From contig JBGVNA010000056.1 in NCBI GenBank assembly GCA_045125175.1, positions 11,339 to 75,338 on the forward strand: a stretch of DNA of 64,000 nucleotides, read 5' to 3'. The notes under the pieces are model-generated. The model ran no database searches. It was given only the letters and a program-made list of their open reading frames with translations, and was not told the DNA's origin. Positions 59,813-64,000 of the stretch are shown in pieces (positions within the stretch are counted from its first letter, which is position 1; each line of letters starts with the position of its first letter). Origin of the DNA: Acutalibacteraceae bacterium. Lineage in GTDB: Bacteria; Bacillota; Clostridia; Oscillospirales; Acutalibacteraceae. The position numbers were made by a program, and so were the translations under genes.

Positions 59813-60307
59813 ATGAAGAAGTTTTTAGCTATCTTTTTCGCACTCATCTTTGCTCTTTCAGCATGCTCAGTTGCATTTGCAAGCGAAGCAGATCTTACAT
59901 GTGACACCTGCCTTGCAAAGCTTCCTGACGCAAAGGCTTATGCAGCTCACGTAAACGGCGGTTGCCTTGTTGATTTCAAAGCTTGCCAGTATTGCGAAGT
60001 TAAGGTTGCAACAGAAAACCTTGAAGCTCACGAGCTTGAGTGCCCCAAGGGCGCAAGCAACTGCGACAAGTGTGGTGCAGCTCTTGCAAACAAGGCAGAA
60101 GCAGCTGACCACACATGTGCTACTGAAGATGTAGCAAAGAATGTTGCAGACAAAGTTATCGACGCTCTCAAGAAAGTTGATTGGAAAGAACTCGCTGACA
60201 AGGTTGTTGGCGTTGTTAAGGGTATCGACTTCGAAGGCATCATTGCTAAGGTTAAGCCCATCATCGAGAAGGTTGTTGACCTTATCAAGAACGCAACAGC
60301 AGCATAA
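59813..60307 (+). CDS. Small exported protein with three CxxC...H...C repeats
   Basis: Signal peptide or LSAC lipobox; own TTGACA-17-TAATAT promoter and terminator. Confidence 0.75.
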   Translation: MKKFLAIFFALIFALSACSVAFASEADLTCDTCLAKLPDAKAYAAHVNGGCLVDFKACQYCEVKVATENLEAHELECPKGASNCDKCGAALANKAEAADHTCATEDVAKNVADKVIDALKKVDWKELADKVVGVVKGIDFEGIIAKVKPIIEKVVDLIKNATAA

Positions 60308-60325
60308 TTGATTTTTTAAAATCAG

Positions 60326-60398
60326 AAGAGCAGTCCGAATGGACTGCTCTTTTTCTTTGTAATTCAAATTAAAATCCCCGTGCATTGCTGCACGGGGA
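60326..60398. terminator. Two terminator hairpins between convergent genes
   Basis: AAGAGCAGTCC/GGACTGCTCTT plus T-run; TCCCCGTGCA/TGCACGGGGA. Confidence 0.75.
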
Positions 60399-60404
60399 AA
60401 TTTT

Positions 60405-61769
60405 TTAGCCTTTGATTAATTTGACGAGCTCGGCAAAGATAGTGTAGAGCTTTGTGCCTCTGAAATAGTAAACGATTGTTTCAATAATGCTGCGCTCGGG
60501 TTCTTCAAATTCAAGGGGCTCGCTGCCGTCGTCGATAACCATTGCCTGCGAAATGCAAAGGCCGCCTTCGCCGAAAGCTTCAACTCTTACATACTGGAAA
60601 TTCTCTGCGCCCGGGATTGTGTCGAGGTCAAGAGTAACTGTTCCGTTGCCGTCAACGGCTGTTGTTGAAATTACCTTGCCGTTTGCAATCCACTGAACGG
60701 TTGTTGTGTCGGTTACCGAAGCGGTGATTTTGTGGCCGTCAACGGTAAGGCTTGAGAACATGGGGTAGGGGATATCGGTGTTCGCAACGTCGATTTCCTC
60801 TGCGGGGCCGAGGGTGTCATTCGGACGGAGTTTTCTTGTTATGCCAAAGAAAGCGCCTGTCTGCATTGTTTCTTTAATATTTTCAACTGTATTGTCTTCC
60901 ATCATGAAGATGCTGAAGGAGGTGTCAACCGTGCCGGTATGGTGAGCGTCGGTGTTGCTGTAGCCGATAACGGTTTTGCCGTAGGGCAGAGTATACATAA
61001 GCAGGTTATCCCAGAGGATTCTGTCGTAGCCTGTTGTGCCGTTTCTTTCGTTAAACACTTCTGTGCCGAGGCAAGAATCATATTTAAGGATAAGGTTTCC
61101 GAAGAACTCAACATTCTTGGGGTCGTTAACAGCATCGGGGTTATCGTTGGTTGCGAGCCAGTCGCCGGGGTGGTTAATGTGTGAAAGTCCGCCGTTTTCC
61201 TCGATATAAGCGAGTGCCTGGTCATAGCCAAGCTCGTTTTCCGCTCCGGGGAAGCCGTTGCCCTTATCGGGAGCAAGGAAGAAGCCGTTAACGTGGTTTT
61301 TGGTGAGCGAAAGGTTGTTGAACTCGTTTGCGCCGAGAACAGGGGTCATTTTTTTGCCTCTGCTGTTGTATGTGCCGTTTTTGATAGCCTCATATTCCTC
61401 GGTTGTGAGATGCTCAAAGGGGTTATCGATGATGAGCTGATAGGTGTAAAGCAACTGCTTGTCGGGATCTTTATCCCAGTCAACGCCTGTGATACCGTGG
61501 TCGGAAATGGCGAGGAAATCGTAATCCTGAGCGTAGGATTCCTTTACCATAACGGGAAGAGTGTCGTCTGCGTCGCTGTAGGTGGTGTGAGAGTGGAGCG
61601 AGCCTTTGTATGCGCCCCATGCGTTTTCACCGCTCCAGATAACGTCTTCATAGGGTGAAACGATGGTGTAGTCTGCATCTGCGGCTGATGCGCCGAAGCA
61701 GAATGCGCCAAGCTGCATGATGATTGCTGCGGTGAGTATTATGCTCAGAGCTTTTTTGAATTTTTTCAT
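60405..61769 (-). CDS. Secreted PHP-domain phosphoesterase-like protein
   Basis: Signal peptide; LHSHTTYSD, ISDH, NHP and DAH PHP motifs. Confidence 0.8.
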   Translation of the reverse strand: MKKFKKALSIILTAAIIMQLGAFCFGASAADADYTIVSPYEDVIWSGENAWGAYKGSLHSHTTYSDADDTLPVMVKESYAQDYDFLAISDHGITGVDWDKDPDKQLLYTYQLIIDNPFEHLTTEEYEAIKNGTYNSRGKKMTPVLGANEFNNLSLTKNHVNGFFLAPDKGNGFPGAENELGYDQALAYIEENGGLSHINHPGDWLATNDNPDAVNDPKNVEFFGNLILKYDSCLGTEVFNERNGTTGYDRILWDNLLMYTLPYGKTVIGYSNTDAHHTGTVDTSFSIFMMEDNTVENIKETMQTGAFFGITRKLRPNDTLGPAEEIDVANTDIPYPMFSSLTVDGHKITASVTDTTTVQWIANGKVISTTAVDGNGTVTLDLDTIPGAENFQYVRVEAFGEGGLCISQAMVIDDGSEPLEFEEPERSIIETIVYYFRGTKLYTIFAELVKLIKG

Positions 61770-61856
61770 TTTCAAACCTCCAAATATGATTTGGTATTTA
61801 ATAGAAGTATAAAACAAAAATCCGCCGAGGTCAACCCCGACGGAGCAAATTATTTA

Positions 61857-63020
61857 TTAAAGAATTACAGAAACAAGAAGAACGAGGATTGCAAAAACGC
61901 TAACAAAGGGCATAATAACGGGCCACAGAGGCATAAGGCTCAGCGCATAGAGAGCACCCATGTTAACCTTAATGAACATTGTGCTTTCAGCTTCACTGAT
62001 ATTCTGCCAGCGGAAACAGATATCTTTGCCCTCTGCGTAGTATTCGTCAAGGCCGATGCCGTCCTTTGTTTCGCTTACGCCGAAGCCGCATTCCTTAAGA
62101 CCGTCGGCAACAAGCTCTGCCATTGTTTCATCTTTAAAGGTGATTCTGCCTTCAAGACGAAGCTCATCTGCCGGCTCTTCCTGTCTGAGGTGACCGTTTT
62201 TGAAGCCGGTACACCACCAGTATTTACCATATTCTCTTGTGAATTCACGGGTCCATGTGCCGTCGATTTCCTGATGCCAGAGGGTCATCTCCATATCGAG
62301 CCAGTCTTCCTCTGCGGGGCAGTTGAAGAAGGTCCATTCGTTCACGCCGTCGTCAGAATGGGGTCTGTTATAAATTCCGATTTCGCCGCCGTAGAAGACC
62401 ATGCCGTACTGACCCTTCCACATCTGGAGCATCCAGTCCTTATCTTCATATGTGAAGAACACGCGGATATAATCGTATTCAAGAAGAATATAGGGTGAAA
62501 CAAAGTCATAGATTTTGCCGAAGCCGAAGTTATATTGCCATGCTTCCTTGTCGTTGGTGTAATAATAATCGTCAATATAGCTGTACTGATAGCTGAGAAT
62601 CTGCTTACCCTCAAGCAGGTCCTTGAGGAAGTTGCTGCCTGTAATAACATTGATTGCAAATTCGCCGTAGAGAGTTTCGCCGTCAACCGTTGCGGTTGCG
62701 GAAATAACCGCTCTGCCTGCCTTTACGCCTTTGACAAGACCTTTTTCATCAACCGTTGCAACCTCAGTGTCTGATGATGCCCAGTAGATTTTGGGCTGAG
62801 CTTCAACATTTGTAACTTTAGCGGTCATCTGTATTTTTTTGCCTTCGGTAACCGATAAGCTTTCGCTTTCAAGAACGAGAGCGTGCAGTGTGCTTTCGCT
62901 GTCTGAAACAGAAGAATCTGCGTTGCTGTCAGCAGCTATGGCAGATATCGAAATAACGCTTGAGAACATAAAAATCAGCACGAAAAACACTGCGGTTAAT
63001 TTAATTGCTGTTTTTTTCAT
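61857..63020 (-). CDS. Secreted Ig-like (Big_2) + DUF4474-like protein with a C-terminal membrane anchor
   Basis: WASSDTEVATVDEKGLVKG Ig motif; AWQYNFGF, WKGQYG, GGEIGIY and WWCTGFK motifs. Confidence 0.75.
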   Translation of the reverse strand: MKKTAIKLTAVFFVLIFMFSSVISISAIAADSNADSSVSDSESTLHALVLESESLSVTEGKKIQMTAKVTNVEAQPKIYWASSDTEVATVDEKGLVKGVKAGRAVISATATVDGETLYGEFAINVITGSNFLKDLLEGKQILSYQYSYIDDYYYTNDKEAWQYNFGFGKIYDFVSPYILLEYDYIRVFFTYEDKDWMLQMWKGQYGMVFYGGEIGIYNRPHSDDGVNEWTFFNCPAEEDWLDMEMTLWHQEIDGTWTREFTREYGKYWWCTGFKNGHLRQEEPADELRLEGRITFKDETMAELVADGLKECGFGVSETKDGIGLDEYYAEGKDICFRWQNISEAESTMFIKVNMGALYALSLMPLWPVIMPFVSVFAILVLLVSVIL

Positions 63021-63191
63021 CGTTAACCTCCATTTATACAAACTTTTATAATAATATCATAATAAGTGGTAAAAAATCAAGATGATTTTGGATTTTAATA
63101 TAACTTTAATAATACAGAAACAAAATTATATGTTTACTCCGAGGGATATTGTATGCTATAATATATTGATTTGAATTTCGGAGGATTGCCC

Positions 63192-64000
63192 GTGGAGCTT
63201 AAAAAGAATGACAGAATAAATCTGAAAATAGAGTCATGCTCGTCAAACGGAAGCGGCGTAGGCCGCCATAACGGCATGGCGATATTTGTGCCTGCAACGG
63301 CAGTTGGTGACGAAATAACCGCCCATATTCTTAAAGTGAAAAAAAGCTATGCTTTTGCCAAGGTTGAAAATGTGATAACGCCTTCTGCGGACAGAATTGA
63401 ACCCGAATGCCCTGTTTATCTTAAATGCGGCGGCTGCGTTTTTTCGCACATGAGCTATGATGCTGAGGCAAAAATAAAGGCAGAGCATGTTGCGGAGTGC
63501 TTCAGACGCATCGGCGGACTTTCCCCTGAGTTTGAGCCTGTCATATCGGCTCAGAGCGATAAACGTTATCGCAACAAGGCGCAGTATCCCGTTGCGGACG
63601 AAAACGGCGAAATAAAAACGGGCTTTTATTCGCCCCACAGCCACAGAGTTGTTCATTGCCCCGACTGCCTTCTGCAGCCCGAGGAATTTGAAGGCATTCT
63701 CGGCGTTTTTTCGGATTATATTAAAGAAAATAATGTTTCTGTTTACGATGAAACAGCCCATAAGGGTCTGCTTCGCCATATCTATATAAGGAAAGGCAGC
63801 GCAAGCGGAGAGATAATGGCTTGCGCCGTTATCAACGGCAAATCCCTGCCTGCCGAGGACAAGCTTGTTGAAACGCTTCTTTCAAAAGAAAAAGCAATCA
63901 GAAGCATAATTGTTAATTCAAACACAAAGGATACAAATGTTATTCTCGGTGAAAAATGCCGCACTCTTTGGGGAAGCGACAGCATAACGGATATCCTCTG
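63192..64000 (+). CDS. rlmD: 23S rRNA m5U1939 methyltransferase, partial
   Basis: Read manually from GTG at 63192 with GGAGG RBS: TRAM domain, CPVYLKCGGC Fe-S motif, YRNKAQYP; runs off the window. Confidence 0.88.
   Translation, partial: MELKKNDRINLKIESCSSNGSGVGRHNGMAIFVPATAVGDEITAHILKVKKSYAFAKVENVITPSADRIEPECPVYLKCGGCVFSHMSYDAEAKIKAEHVAECFRRIGGLSPEFEPVISAQSDKRYRNKAQYPVADENGEIKTGFYSPHSHRVVHCPDCLLQPEEFEGILGVFSDYIKENNVSVYDETAHKGLLRHIYIRKGSASGEIMACAVINGKSLPAEDKLVETLLSKEKAIRSIIVNSNTKDTNVILGEKCRTLWGSDSITDIL

Overview
A mostly core-chromosome segment of a spore-forming Clostridia bacterium. Oscillospirales-like affinity is inferred from gene order and spoIIE, not tested. Housekeeping genes: xth, dCMP deaminase, secA, pnp-rpsO, spoIIE, rlmB, infC-rpmI-rplT, dprA-topA-trmFO-(acp)-rnc-radical SAM-smc, galU, prfB, cysK, a nine-gene V/A-type ATPase operon and a partial rlmD. 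These are interspersed with uncharacterised surface/secreted proteins and a five-gene redox-type glycoside catabolism operon. I saw no rRNA, tRNA, CRISPR array, transposase, integrase or phage genes. Most notable: (1) an orphan consensus promoter driving a ~110-nt ORF-less transcript with anti-Shine-Dalgarno-like motifs after secA (candidate sRNA); (2) a composite heptamer/REP-like repeat in inverted orientation on both sides of one secreted-protein gene; (3) an ACP-like protein at the acpP-rnc-smc locus whose phosphopantetheine Ser is replaced by Glu, with plsX absent locally; (4) a 944-aa degenerate P1B-ATPase-like protein; (5) a dispersed paralogous surface-protein family; (6) a ~220-nt multi-hairpin intergenic element. 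All calls come from reading motifs by eye; no database search or folding program was run.
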